A stretch of 64,000 bases of DNA, taken from IMG/VR virus record IMGVR_UViG_2643221950_000002, positions 1 through 64,000 of that record; one strand, 5' to 3'. Shown in pieces: positions 1 to 10,749 of the stretch. Position 1 is the stretch's first letter; every line of letters begins with the position of its first letter. The position numbers and the translations under genes are program-made. The notes under the pieces were generated by a model. The model was not told the DNA's origin. It ran no database searches and saw nothing but the letters and a program-made list of their open reading frames with translations. Source of the DNA: a virus. Its lineage: Duplodnaviria; Caudoviricetes.

Positions 1-24
1 TAAGAGGTAACAAAAAAAAGAAGC

Positions 25-216
25 CTACATATTGGCTTCTTTTATAATTATATTTGCTAATTCTTGATAAAATTGATCTTCTGAAATTAGATCCCCGTAT
101 ACTTGAGGGAAGATAGCTATTGAGTAGGGCTTTCCTGGAAAAGTTAATGTCTTTACTGTGTTCTTTTTCGCATCCTCAAAGATTTCTTTCCAGTTTCCTC
201 TGTTAGTCTTAGACAT
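25..216 (-). CDS. small hypothetical phage protein
   Basis: 63-aa ORF, RBS GGGGGT, terminator-like U-run downstream. Confidence 0.6.
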   Translation of the reverse strand: MSKTNRGNWKEIFEDAKKNTVKTLTFPGKPYSIAIFPQVYGDLISEDQFYQELANIIIKEANM

Positions 217-219
217 TGT

Positions 220-807
220 TCATACCCCCAAAGCATTTGTTGCTTCCAAGGTATGTTGATTCAGTTTATGTGTTACTTTCCTTTTTGAAACTATATTCTC
301 GCACATCTTATTTATGTAATATGTATAGTTCACTTTCTTCTTCATCCATCTTACCTCTGTTCCGATCTCTTCACAGATGCCAATAGGTATGCTGGACTTA
401 TTCACCTTGCTTATGTATTTATGTGCTAATTGCTTTTCAGCGATATTCTTATATGTAAGAAAGTCTTTAATATGTACAAAGAACACTCTGTTCTCAGGTT
501 CTCTAAAGTTAAACAGAAACCCAGGTATCACCCCATCGTATTTCGAAGCAGCTTCTAAATGTTTGATCTGTTGCGCTTTAATCATACTTTCCGAAAACGA
601 TATAGACTTGCTTTTAGTTGATTTTAATTCTAAAGGAAATAATACTCCTTTAGCGTAAAGGAAACAATCGTAATTGTTTTTTGATACTTCAAAGTTACTT
701 TTTATGGACATTGGATTTACATCTTTAATTCGGTAAAAGAATAACCCTTGATCCTTTGCTGATTGTTGAATATTTGCTTCAAAAACCTTTCCTAAATTTG
801 TGCTCAA
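220..807 (-). CDS. RecU-like Holliday junction resolvase (YotM-like)
   Basis: GKVFE...YDC...LELKST PD-(D/E)xK pattern, QIKHL; TTG start at 807 with AAGGA RBS. Confidence 0.75.
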   Translation of the reverse strand: MSTNLGKVFEANIQQSAKDQGLFFYRIKDVNPMSIKSNFEVSKNNYDCFLYAKGVLFPLELKSTKSKSISFSESMIKAQQIKHLEAASKYDGVIPGFLFNFREPENRVFFVHIKDFLTYKNIAEKQLAHKYISKVNKSSIPIGICEEIGTEVRWMKKKVNYTYYINKMCENIVSKRKVTHKLNQHTLEATNALGV

Positions 808-869
808 TAAACCAATCCTTTCTTTAAGTTTAGAAGTAAGGTATTCTATGATTATCAATATCTAGGAGA

Positions 870-1148
870 GTGTTCCCATTGACTGAACTCATCAACCAAC
901 ACAACGAACTAACTGAATATCTAAAATCAAATGGATTCACAGTTAAATTCCATGTAGACATGTCTAATAATCATTTGTTTGAAAAGCATTATGTTGTTTA
1001 TAATGAAGCCGAATCTAAAAACACAGAGCTTATATTCAAAGCAAATGCAAAAACTAATGAAGTTGAATACTCATTTGTTGATAACAACCAATACCCAGAT
1101 TTAGTTGAAGAAGTGAATACTCTTATTAAGAACTTCAAAACTTCTTGA
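870..1148 (+). CDS. opposite-strand hypothetical protein
   Basis: AGGAG RBS, GTG start, hairpin CCCTTGTC..GACAGGGG at about 1156-1174. Confidence 0.7.
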   Translation: MFPLTELINQHNELTEYLKSNGFTVKFHVDMSNNHLFEKHYVVYNEAESKNTELIFKANAKTNEVEYSFVDNNQYPDLVEEVNTLIKNFKTS

Positions 1149-1175
1149 TACTTACCCTTGTCATTAGACAGGGGT

Positions 1176-1571
1176 TTAAAATTCTAAGAATTTTAATTCG
1201 ATTGCTTCTCCATTTATAAGTTTCACAAACTTCTTATCAAACTTATATTGATCTCCTAAAACAGCATTCTCCAAATCAATCAAATCTAACTGACACATCT
1301 CTTTGCCATTGACCCCTTCAATAAGGATATAATCACTTGAATCAAATTCAGTTTTATACCAAATGACAGTTAAATTCGTTTCAATGTTAAGCTTATTTGT
1401 TAAGTACATGTAAGCATCCTGTGATGTACTGTCTGTAACATCCCGGATTTCTTCATCGTCAATGTTATTAATCACAATTAGATTGTTCGATTTCTCATTA
1501 TAAAAGTAAGCAAAATCACCTCCTTGATTTTTCAATTCATAAGCGCCTTTTAAGTTATGTAAGTTAAGCAT
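1176..1571 (-). CDS. hypothetical protein
   Basis: 131-aa ORF in operon with RBS. Confidence 0.65.
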   Translation of the reverse strand: MLNLHNLKGAYELKNQGGDFAYFYNEKSNNLIVINNIDDEEIRDVTDSTSQDAYMYLTNKLNIETNLTVIWYKTEFDSSDYILIEGVNGKEMCQLDLIDLENAVLGDQYKFDKKFVKLINGEAIELKFLEF

Positions 1572-1763
1572 ATGTATTTACGTATCTCCCTTTTTCATTA
1601 TTGGATGAGTTTCTTGCTTCTTGCATTAATTCTTCATTATTATTGCTGAGACTAATACCAAGACGATTTACTTTTGAAAAATCATTGTTGTGTATCGCTT
1701 CTTCAATTAAATCCATTTGTTTTTTCATTTTGCTGTGTAATTTAATCAAACTATTTTCTTCTA

Positions 1764-2324
1764 TTATTTAACTCCCCTTTCGGAAGCACATTGTCTACAT
1801 GCTGGCTTATAATCGTTCCCAACTTTAACTTGAGTATTTGAATCATTAGAAACTTCAAGTGAAACCCATGCGTCATTGCCACAAAAAGCACAAACTGCAT
1901 GATGTTTAGTCACATGATCTGCTTTGGCCATTAAGTACGGTACAATTCCAAATGGCTTACCATACCTGTCCATGTCTAATCCTGCAACAAACACTTTCTT
2001 CCCTTTTTCGATTAGTTTCTCAATGTGAGTAATCATTTGGTCTGGGAAAAATTGAACTTCATCAATGCAAACAACATCAGCTTCATTCAATAAATGAAAA
2101 GGTAAATCAACCTCTAATGTATTTGTTATTTGTACGTTAATTGCCTCAACTTTCTTGCCATCGTGGGTTACAATAAAGTCTTCTGAGTATCTGTTATCTA
2201 TGGATGGTTTAAGAAACACTACTTTCTTTCCAGCTAACATATATCGTTTTCCATGACGTTGCAGCGCTGTTGATTTCTCGGCAAACATACCTCCTACGTC
2301 AATTGTTAATGATCCTACTGTTAT
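1764..2324 (-). CDS. tdk: thymidine kinase (probable ATA start)
   Basis: GGMFAEKST P-loop, IDEVQF, AGLD, CxxC...CRxC zinc site; GGAGGTG RBS 7 nt before in-frame ATA at 2324. Confidence 0.9.
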   Translation of the reverse strand: MTVGSLTIDVGGMFAEKSTALQRHGKRYMLAGKKVVFLKPSIDNRYSEDFIVTHDGKKVEAINVQITNTLEVDLPFHLLNEADVVCIDEVQFFPDQMITHIEKLIEKGKKVFVAGLDMDRYGKPFGIVPYLMAKADHVTKHHAVCAFCGNDAWVSLEVSNDSNTQVKVGNDYKPACRQCASERGVK

Positions 2325-2491
2325 GATTCATCACCTCCTCCAAGAATGAGTTGTCTATATCTCTTATAATCTTCTTCACTATTAAACGAAAATACTGGAG
2401 CCTTACCTTTTTGGAAAGAAATTCTGCCACCTACTTGAGATAGATATGCTTGTTTTAATGCATCCTGTTCAAACGGAATTCTAATGGTCAT
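2321..2491 (-). CDS. small hypothetical protein (MTIRIPFEQD...GGGDES)
   Basis: manual translation; AAAGGAG RBS; its stop overlaps the tdk start. Confidence 0.6.
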   Translation of the reverse strand: MTIRIPFEQDALKQAYLSQVGGRISFQKGKAPVFSFNSEEDYKRYRQLILGGGDES

Positions 2492-3378
2492 ATGTAATTT
2501 CTCCTTTCATTGTATAAAGTGCTGATTTATGTAGTAAATGTGCATACTTATTTCTGGTTAAAAGACCGATTTTATTTAAATTTCTTCAGTTGTATAACTG
2601 TGTCATACATAATAACTAAATATACAAAACCGATTAAAGGCACAAAAATGACTGCCCAGCTAGTTTTATCACGCCCCCATCCATTTTTTCTTGCCCATCT
2701 AACTAAACAAAACTTAACTAGAGTGGTTAATATGTAATAAATTATCGTAAAGTGTATCACTGGAACAATCCTCCCCAAATTACTCCAGCAGATGTTGCTA
2801 CAATAATCATTGAAATAAACTTAGCTATTCCAATCCATACCACCAACTTCATATTGCCTTCAGAATCCCAATCACCTAGCACAACTAGACCAAATGCAAT
2901 TAACAAAACCCAAGCTGTTACAATCATTAAATCACCTCAAAATAAATAGATTCTATCGTCATTTTTAATACAGTTCAAATATTCAATTAACTCCTCAAAA
3001 GGGATAAGCATATCCTTTTTCACATCATCTACAGAGGCTTTTTCAAAATAAGATATTGTACCCATGTCCTGCAATTCTCCTACTTTAAGAGCCTTACCGT
3101 TGATTAAATAATAAGCCACTGTTCCAAGAAACTCGTCATTGCTAAAATGCTCAATTAGTCTGTTAGATTCTGAAGCGTAGTGATGCATAGCTCCATGTAA
3201 GGAATGAAAACTTTCAAAGTCTACATCACTTTCTGTGCAAGCTCCTTCATCAATGACAATTTTTAGAATGTCATTTGTGAATGATTCTCCTTGCTTTAAC
3301 AGAAAGTTGATCTTATTTTGACTCCTAGTTCTCAAATCATTTATCCATTCTTCAGCCCGTCTTAATTGCTCAATTTTC

Positions 3379-3723
3379 CTAAGCTTCTTCCTCAGTCTCT
3401 TTTTCATCATGTGACTCCTTTGTTTTAAATTGGCACAGAAACTTTTTGAGTTTCTTAGATGGATAGTCACACAGAGCATAATCGCCGACTAGTTTCGTGA
3501 AAATATCCTCCTGATGGGTATCAATCATTTTTGTAAGATCATGCTCAGGACTACAAGGACAATCCTCTTTGTTACAATAACGAAAATCATTAACAAATCT
3601 TGTTGTATGTACGATTAACTCAAGGAAAACAATTCTTAGTTTATCTTTGTCCTCTCCTTGATACCCGCACATAAAGTCATTTTGATAAATTTGAATTAAT
3701 GCTTCTAAGATTTTTCTGTCCAT
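3379..3723 (-). CDS. hypothetical protein
   Basis: 114-aa ORF with AAAGGA RBS. Confidence 0.6.
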   Translation of the reverse strand: MDRKILEALIQIYQNDFMCGYQGEDKDKLRIVFLELIVHTTRFVNDFRYCNKEDCPCSPEHDLTKMIDTHQEDIFTKLVGDYALCDYPSKKLKKFLCQFKTKESHDEKETEEEA

Positions 3724-3963
3724 TAGATATCCTTTCTTTATTATATTTGTTATTTATATTTTATTAACATCTTTCTTATGGAGTCATTTCAATTCGATAA
3801 CAGTCATTACCCAACGGTGTAACCTTAACAGTCTGCCCCTTGTCTAAACTTTGCTTTGTAAATGTAATCACTTGATTAAAACCTCTAACTTCTGTGTACA
3901 CAAGCCACATCTCCTTTCAATAAAATCAACGTTTTAAACTAAAGGGGCAATAGCCCCACAGTT

Positions 3964-4461
3964 TTAATTTGAGTCGTAAACAATTTTATATTTCATATCC
4001 GCTGCCCAACTTGTGTCAATGTCTTCTAGGTCTGTGATATAAATGATTTTTTCAACAGCTCCTATTTCATTTAACTCTTGGAATATTGCCTTTCTCATTG
4101 CTTCGTTTTCTACGTGACCCTTTATTGGATAAATTAAGGCAATATCAATCCCCTCGGCATAAACATCTCTACATTTCATTCTAATAGTGTCTAAAACAAA
4201 CACATTTTCATCACAACAAAACCTCTGTCCAATCACAAAGTTCCTGTTTTCCAAACAACTAATGTTTGACCTTTTCAGAATATTTTTATCCATTGTTCTA
4301 AGCAGAACTTTGACATCTTTGAAGTTCTTTTGAATTAGATCGAAAACCATAGGGAATTTTTGGTGATAATGATTCCCTGTAAGAATTGCTTCACTTTCCT
4401 CAGATTCTAAAAACTCAAGAATTTTGTCTTCTGCTTGACCTCTTCCATTCATTAGTATCAA
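3964..4461 (-). CDS. hypothetical protein, possibly degenerate P-loop fold
   Basis: GGAGG RBS; AILTGNHYHQK in a Walker-A-like position; own hairpin GGGGC..GCCCC downstream. Confidence 0.6.
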   Translation of the reverse strand: MILMNGRGQAEDKILEFLESEESEAILTGNHYHQKFPMVFDLIQKNFKDVKVLLRTMDKNILKRSNISCLENRNFVIGQRFCCDENVFVLDTIRMKCRDVYAEGIDIALIYPIKGHVENEAMRKAIFQELNEIGAVEKIIYITDLEDIDTSWAADMKYKIVYDSN

Positions 4462-4973
4462 CCTCCATAATTTGTTACATATTCAGTATAGAGTTGATTG
4501 GTATTAAATTAACAGTTAAATGTTGTTTTGCTCGAATTTAATTCTGATAAACTCTTCATGTAGCCTATTAAACTCTTCTTTGTTTATGTATGCTTTGGCA
4601 TCACCTTTGAAATCGAATAGCTTCAGGAACTCTTTATTGATCCTTACAGCTTTCATGGCCGTTGATGAGCTTACCCACTCTGATTCTTCAGTTAGCTGCA
4701 ACACTTCACTTAATTCAAATAGTCTCTCTAATGCCAATGGATTTTGATTTGTTTTAATATGTAGCAGGTCTCTTTTTTTCTCTAGGATGTCCGATTTAAG
4801 CTTGTATTTGCTTTTCTCTAAGTCATTTAGATGTCGATACATTGGAGTCACCAAACAAATCTACGATTTCTTCTGCTTTCTCTACGTTGCTCTTATTTTG
4901 GGATAAGATCGCTTGAATTGCTTTTTTAAGCCAATATCTCTTGTTCATTTAATCCAATCTCCTTTTCGTTAAT

Positions 4974-5276
4974 TTAATAAGAATACACATCTAGACTTGC
5001 GTTTCCATCGATGATATTAATTGCCTCGTTTATATCTTCTTTATTTGCCCATCTTGGAGCTTGTCCATTTTCCAATGGTACTCCATATCCCTCAATAAAC
5101 TGTGTACCATTTCTTGCCCTGAATTGAGCGATATGCTCTGCATGTTCTGTTAATGTAGTGAAGTCATAGAATGTTTCTCTGAAATTCTGCATCCATTCTT
5201 CATTTAAAACATTCTCATCAAATTCAATTGTGTATTGATCTTGTCTTTCTACATCACATGTTCTTTTAAAAGTCAT
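4974..5276 (-). CDS. hypothetical phage protein
   Basis: AAGGAG RBS, 100 aa. Confidence 0.65.
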   Translation of the reverse strand: MTFKRTCDVERQDQYTIEFDENVLNEEWMQNFRETFYDFTTLTEHAEHIAQFRARNGTQFIEGYGVPLENGQAPRWANKEDINEAINIIDGNASLDVYSY

Positions 5277-5319
5277 TATGTATCTCTCCTTTTTTAATAA
5301 AATTCAGATTTTATGTAGT

Positions 5320-5727
5320 TTAAATTGCTTTTAAATGGTTCTTCTTAGATTCTGATTTCCACTGGATCAGTTTGTTATTTGTTTTATTAATACGTCGTTT
5401 GGCATTTTCAATTGTTTTAATTGCTTCATTATCAATACTCAATAAAGACTTTCCAAGCATATCTCTGATCATACAAAGCTTCTCATATTCGGATTTTACC
5501 TTTCTTCTTTCAATAAGAATTGCTTGTCCTCTTTTAGAAAGACTCCATCCTTCACATGCATTGAAAACTGCTACTTCTAAGTCATGATAAAACTTACTAA
5601 GTTCTTTATCCATTCTACTAACTTCTTTTCTATAGAATTCAATGTCCTTATCGATTTTTTCCTTGATTTCATTTAGTTCAATCGCTTTCGCTTCAATTTC
5701 TCTTATGTAATTGGTTGCCTTGCACAT
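5320..5727 (-). CDS. coiled-coil hypothetical protein
   Basis: 135 aa with RBS, downstream of SPBRE promoter. Confidence 0.65.
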   Translation of the reverse strand: MCKATNYIREIEAKAIELNEIKEKIDKDIEFYRKEVSRMDKELSKFYHDLEVAVFNACEGWSLSKRGQAILIERRKVKSEYEKLCMIRDMLGKSLLSIDNEAIKTIENAKRRINKTNNKLIQWKSESKKNHLKAI

Positions 5728-5780
5728 TTAATCATCCCCCTTTTTAAATAAAAAAAGATAAACCGTTTTGGCTTATCTTT

Positions 5781-5809
5781 ATAATATATGTTATTTACAC
5801 TTTAGTCAA
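5781..5809 (-). promoter_or_regulatory. sigmaA promoter with SPBRE-like element in spacer
   Basis: TTGACT-17-TATTAT; spacer contains AAATAACATA. Confidence 0.75.
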
Positions 5810-5869
5810 TATAAATTATATGTTATTTGTATTTTTAAAATAAGAAAAAGAACGCATCTTAGCGTTCCC

Positions 5870-6682
5870 CTACTTCGTGATACCTTCAATTATAACCTTT
5901 TTCCCTTTTTTATCTGGTGTATCTAAGTTGATGTTAAGTTCAGGTTCATCTGTACGTGTAATTAAAACTGTTTTCGTCCCTACAGCCACTCCTATAAATG
6001 TTGTATCGAAGATTGTTCGTTTGATAAAAGAATCAAATATATTTATTGAATATTCATCATTTGCTGGGTTGGTTGTTACACTGTAATCACCTTTGATTTC
6101 GTGTTTAATTATATCGGAATTAGCTAATTGTGAATCAGTGTAGATCTTTTTCTTACCCGACTTAACATCATTAATGTACTTTTCTTTATTCATCTCACCA
6201 TAACCAAATGCACTTAAATGCTCAGTTCTAGTTATTGTTTTTTGATTAACTGTTAATTTCAAACGTTCAGTTGTTTGACCCAATTGATCTAGTATAATTC
6301 CTAATTTGTATTTACCAACATATTTAAATCCTTCAGCTTTTTCAAATAAATTAATGATTTCTTCATCTGTGAGATTTATTAAATGCTCTATTGTAATATT
6401 ATTCTGTCGCTGGTCTGGAAAGTATCGTATTAATTTATCCCCCTTGATCACAATAATGGTTTGCACGATACTCGATCTTCCAGGGTTTGAACTAGTTCTT
6501 AACCATACTTTATGTTTGGACAGTATATCACTCATTAACACAGTCTTAACTTTTACTTCTCTTGGTTTAGACTTACTTTCTTCAGACTTCTCATCTGTGC
6601 TGCTTACAGAACCACATCCAGTTAAAACAATAACTATCAAAATGATGATTGACATAATAGCCTTTTTACTCTTAATATTCAT
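5870..6682 (-). CDS. lipoprotein
   Basis: basic N-terminus, hydrophobic stretch, LTGC lipobox; own terminator at about 5845-5870. Confidence 0.8.
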   Translation of the reverse strand: MNIKSKKAIMSIIILIVIVLTGCGSVSSTDEKSEESKSKPREVKVKTVLMSDILSKHKVWLRTSSNPGRSSIVQTIIVIKGDKLIRYFPDQRQNNITIEHLINLTDEEIINLFEKAEGFKYVGKYKLGIILDQLGQTTERLKLTVNQKTITRTEHLSAFGYGEMNKEKYINDVKSGKKKIYTDSQLANSDIIKHEIKGDYSVTTNPANDEYSINIFDSFIKRTIFDTTFIGVAVGTKTVLITRTDEPELNINLDTPDKKGKKVIIEGITK

Positions 6683-6789
6683 TTCTAACCTCCATATAAT
6701 TTAACCCTCTAAAGTGAAATGTTACCAAGAGCATTATAGACTTTATTACTATAGTTCTCAATGTTTATTTTTCATATCTTCTCAAAAAG

Positions 6790-7599
6790 CTAAATAGCTA
6801 CATCTCCTTTGATTAAAGGGTGATGAACATAATCAATAACTTTAAAGTCTTCTAGGCTATAATCAAAGATCGATTCAGGCTTACGTTTAATATTAAGTTT
6901 TGGTGCTTGATATGGAGATCTGGTTAGTTGTTCTTTAACTTGATTTAAATGATTGTGATAAATATGAGCTACACCAACTGTATGTTTCATGACACCTGGC
7001 TTTAGTTCACATTGCTGAGCAATCATCGTCAGTAGCGTTGCATATGAAGCAATATTGACTGGTACACCTAGAAACATGTCTCCTGAACGTTGATAGTGAT
7101 ACATATGAAGATACTCACCATCCACGTAAAACTGAACAACAGTACTGTGACAACATGGTAATGCAGTATCTTTCCATTGCATCTCTGGGGCGTTCCATCC
7201 TGTAAATAAAATACGTCTGCTTGTTGGATTGTTTTTAATTTGGTCAATCACATACTTAATCTGATTAAAAATATTGCCTCTGCCGTCCTCCCATCTAGTC
7301 CATTGTTTGCCGTAGATATTTGGCAGCTGACCAGCTTCATTCGCCCATTCTTTCCAAAACTTGATTCCATACTTTTCTTCTAATTCTGTATTGGATGTTG
7401 AGCCACTTAAAAACCATAGCAACTCTCCAAAGACTCCTCTAGTGAACATCTTCTTAGTTGTAACCAAAGGAAACCCTTCAGACATATTAAACTCCATTGT
7501 CTCTCCGAATAGGCTTCTCATTCCTGTTTCTGTTCTATCTCCTGTATCATGACCATATGTATAGATTTTTTGTAATAATTTCAAATATTCTTTTTCCAA
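6790..7599 (-). CDS. thyA: thymidylate synthase
   Basis: DRTETG, FPLVTTKK, ELLWFLSG, ALPCCH, QRSGDMFLGVP.N, HIYHNH; TTG start with AAGGAG RBS. Confidence 0.95.
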   Translation of the reverse strand: MEKEYLKLLQKIYTYGHDTGDRTETGMRSLFGETMEFNMSEGFPLVTTKKMFTRGVFGELLWFLSGSTSNTELEEKYGIKFWKEWANEAGQLPNIYGKQWTRWEDGRGNIFNQIKYVIDQIKNNPTSRRILFTGWNAPEMQWKDTALPCCHSTVVQFYVDGEYLHMYHYQRSGDMFLGVPVNIASYATLLTMIAQQCELKPGVMKHTVGVAHIYHNHLNQVKEQLTRSPYQAPKLNIKRKPESIFDYSLEDFKVIDYVHHPLIKGDVAI

Positions 7600-7655
7600 T
7601 TTATCTCTCCTTAAGTTATAATTATGCTTATGAAATTTGAAGGGATGAAAATAAA

Positions 7656-8330
7656 ATGCAGTATAAAAAGACAAAACAAATTAACTATCCTAGTTGCGTA
7701 TATAAAGACAGCATTAAGTGCGACTGTGTAAACACTGGGATAACTTTTAATAATGAACCTGTAAAAGCAAGATTTAGTCTTGTAGTTGAGTTCAAACAAT
7801 CAAATCATCATTCACACAAAGAAAGAGCCCCAGAAGAATTAATTGTCCTATTAAAAAACCCTAGCCGAGCCACCGAAAAGAACTCGGACAGAACAATAAA
7901 TAAAGTTATCAATGACTTGTACAACACGAAATACATTAACGTTTCAAAAATAACTTTCATAAATGTTTTTCCTTTTTATATAACAGATTCTAGGAAACTT
8001 TCAATTTTCGATAATGAAATGAAAAACAAAGAACTGGATGAAAAGAAGGAATACAAAGATATTTTAGATAAAAATTTAAATAAAATAGAGAATATTATTA
8101 ACAATACAGATGTAAAACCAAAAATAATTTGTGCATATGGAAAGGGTATTGGCAATAAAGATAATCTCAAAAAAATTGAGATTTTACTTCAAGAGTATCC
8201 TTCTGATAAATTAAAAAGTTTCAATACTGATAAAAGTGTCCCTCTGCACCCTCAACGCTTACCAATTGATCCTGATAAACCAATTAAAAAATTTATAATT
8301 AAGTGTAAGAAAGATCAAGCTAAGAAATAA
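7656..8330 (+). CDS. DUF1643-like (UDG-superfamily-related) protein
   Basis: LKNPSRA...D.T, NVFP, CAYG and PLHP motifs as recalled for DUF1643. Confidence 0.6.
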   Translation: MQYKKTKQINYPSCVYKDSIKCDCVNTGITFNNEPVKARFSLVVEFKQSNHHSHKERAPEELIVLLKNPSRATEKNSDRTINKVINDLYNTKYINVSKITFINVFPFYITDSRKLSIFDNEMKNKELDEKKEYKDILDKNLNKIENIINNTDVKPKIICAYGKGIGNKDNLKKIEILLQEYPSDKLKSFNTDKSVPLHPQRLPIDPDKPIKKFIIKCKKDQAKK

Positions 8331-8577
8331 TATTTTCTTGGCTTTTATTTTCTATTAATTCTCCTATCCTATTTTCAATATCTGCACTACCTATTTTCTT
8401 CAGTAAAGTGGTAGCATCTTTAATTCCCTCTAACGCTGTATCTCCAATCAAATCAAACTCTTTAATCATGTTATCTAATGTTTTCATTTTCATCTCAGGC
8501 TCATCTATGAGCTCGTATACTTTAATTTGTTTCTCGATTTTCTCCAGTGATTCATGTATTGTTTTTAAATTAATCAA
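8320..8577 (-). CDS. hypothetical protein
   Basis: GGAGG RBS, TTG start. Confidence 0.6.
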   Translation of the reverse strand: MINLKTIHESLEKIEKQIKVYELIDEPEMKMKTLDNMIKEFDLIGDTALEGIKDATTLLKKIGSADIENRIGELIENKSQENIIS

Positions 8578-8689
8578 GTATTACCACCTCCTCTGTTCTT
8601 TATTGAATAAAATTTAAATAGATTAGTATGCAATTTTCAAATATTGGCTATAATACTATTAACCTATCAAAAGAAAGGATTGATTTATT

Positions 8690-8968
8690 ATGTCAAGAGT
8701 TTTTACTCCTGAGGAATCAATAATGGTACAGGCTACTAGGGATTACCCTAACACAATTGTTGAATATAAGGTTTCAGTAGGATCAGAAAAATGGAAGAAT
8801 GGTGATATCCATAGGGTATATAAAGTTCAGATGTGTGTAGATGGTAGGGCTAGAGGCCGTCAATGTCCTTCTTTCCTTGCAGATACTGATGATTTTGAAC
8901 GTGTATATAAAGCTTTGAACGATCTAAAAAAGAAACATGGAGACTCTAAGATGATTCTGGAAACATAA
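8690..8968 (+). CDS. opposite-strand hypothetical protein
   Basis: TATAAT upstream, AAAGGA RBS, hairpin AAGGTCGCA..TGCGACCTT downstream. Confidence 0.7.
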   Translation: MSRVFTPEESIMVQATRDYPNTIVEYKVSVGSEKWKNGDIHRVYKVQMCVDGRARGRQCPSFLADTDDFERVYKALNDLKKKHGDSKMILET

Positions 8969-9130
8969 TGAATAAAGTTTGTAAATATTGAAAGGTCGCA
9001 TATCCAAGGAAACTGGTTTGCGACCTTATGTCCCTTTTAAATCACTTTAAAAGTCTTCTTTTATCAAATATTTCCTAAAAAATGATATAATAAAGTTGTT
9101 ACAAATATTTAGAAAAGGTGGTAATTATTT

Positions 9131-9562
9131 TTGAACATTACTCAAAATGCAATTATTCAAGGCTCTATTGAAGGTGTAGGATTTACTAATAAAAGTGAGT
9201 TTACCTATACCTATGAAGCTGACAAAGAAATTCTACACGTTTACGACACTCTTAAACACAACAGTACGTCTGCTATCAACTGCATTGAAGAGGTTATCTC
9301 ATTACTTAAAGAAACTCTTGAGCCAAATAAAACTGGTGTAAGTAGAATCTTAGAAGTCATTAAAAATTCCATCTCACCAAGATCTCCGTTCAAAAAAGTC
9401 ATAATTTATACGGAAGTTGATGAGCTTCTTGGATTCCACACTGGCAATAACGGCAGAAACATAGACATTTGCGCATTTAATCCTAAGAACAGTGAATTTA
9501 CTGGATGGGCTGATTCAGAAGTTTATAGGTTGTATTGTGATAAGTTAAAGCAAGAAGCTTAG
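9131..9562 (+). CDS. opposite-strand hypothetical protein
   Basis: extended -10 TGATATAAT, AAGGTGG RBS, hairpin TTATAAGTCCCT..AGGGACTTATAA downstream. Confidence 0.7.
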   Translation: MNITQNAIIQGSIEGVGFTNKSEFTYTYEADKEILHVYDTLKHNSTSAINCIEEVISLLKETLEPNKTGVSRILEVIKNSISPRSPFKKVIIYTEVDELLGFHTGNNGRNIDICAFNPKNSEFTGWADSEVYRLYCDKLKQEA

Positions 9563-9624
9563 TTAAACTCTAATTATAAGTCCCTAATTGTTCAAACATA
9601 ATTCAGCAATCAGGGACTTATAAC

Positions 9625-10053
9625 TTACTTAGTACCCGTTGATCCATGTCCTCCACGATCATCGTTACCAAGATGATCTACTTCAATCAATTCAACCTCT
9701 GGCATTTTCTCAATGATTCTAAATTGACAGATACGCTCTCCCTTTTTAACTTCAGTGTTTCGTAGAGCATAAGCTGGGAAGAACCAGAAATCATTGTCTC
9801 CTTTGAATGATTCATCAATAACTCCCTTGGAGTTTGTTTGAATGATTCCGAAGTGTTTATATGTGCTTGATCTAGGAACAATATGCGCTTCATAACCTTC
9901 TGGTAGCTCCATCGCAACTCCTAATGGAATAAGTTTAAATTCGTCTTCGCTCATTACAATATCCTCAGCTGCACGAAGATCAATCCAATCCCCCTTTTCG
10001 ATTTTGCTGATTCTTGTTTGTGTATCGTCTAGGTATTTGATTTTAATTTTCAT
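9625..10053 (-). CDS. dut: trimeric dUTPase (YosS-like)
   Basis: [28 protein letters not shown] motifs. Confidence 0.95.
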   Translation of the reverse strand: MKIKIKYLDDTQTRISKIEKGDWIDLRAAEDIVMSEDEFKLIPLGVAMELPEGYEAHIVPRSSTYKHFGIIQTNSKGVIDESFKGDNDFWFFPAYALRNTEVKKGERICQFRIIEKMPEVELIEVDHLGNDDRGGHGSTGTK

Positions 10054-10082
10054 TATGTAGCATTCCACCTTAAGTGTATTTG

Positions 10083-10448
10083 TTATTTATATTTTCTTTT
10101 TTCGAACTTTTTACGTTTTTTCCACTCATCTCTGAATTCCTTATATTCTTTACTTACTTTAAACTTTACATAGAGTTCATCCAAGGGCGGATGTTCTGCC
10201 CCTCCAAAATCATTTAAATCAAATTTCCCTTCCTCACATAGTGCAATCTGCTTTTCTTCGCTTCCATCTTTTTGTTCCCACACTAAGAAAGCATCAAGCT
10301 TAGATTGAGAAGCTAAATAAAATAATCTCTCAAATGTAGTTTCTCTGTCTATACCCAAAATGTTCATTATTGTCTCTGTATAAAACATTGTTTCTGCCAG
10401 GTCGCCTATATTCTCATTGATGAAATCATCGATTAGCCACTTATCCAT
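10083..10448 (-). CDS. hypothetical protein
   Basis: 121-aa ORF coupled to upstream gene. Confidence 0.55.
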   Translation of the reverse strand: MDKWLIDDFINENIGDLAETMFYTETIMNILGIDRETTFERLFYLASQSKLDAFLVWEQKDGSEEKQIALCEEGKFDLNDFGGAEHPPLDELYVKFKVSKEYKEFRDEWKKRKKFEKRKYK

Positions 10449-10749
10449 TAGCTATAATTAACTGCTTGGATAATCATCGTGTCGTTCCAAACTCTTACAC
10501 AAAATACTTTTAAATCTCTTTCGGTTTCGGGTATCTCACTTGAAAGATAATCTTTAACTGTCCCATCAAAATAATGAATATCGAATACACCATTTTCAAT
10601 TCTGACTTTAGTGCCTGTTGCAACATTACTTAGAAGATCCCTTACTCTCATATTATATATATTCATTTTTCTCTCCTTTCCTATTGCCATAAAATTACCA
10701 TTTCATACAGATCGAATGCAGCTTTTTTGACCCCAATTAGATTCTTTTA

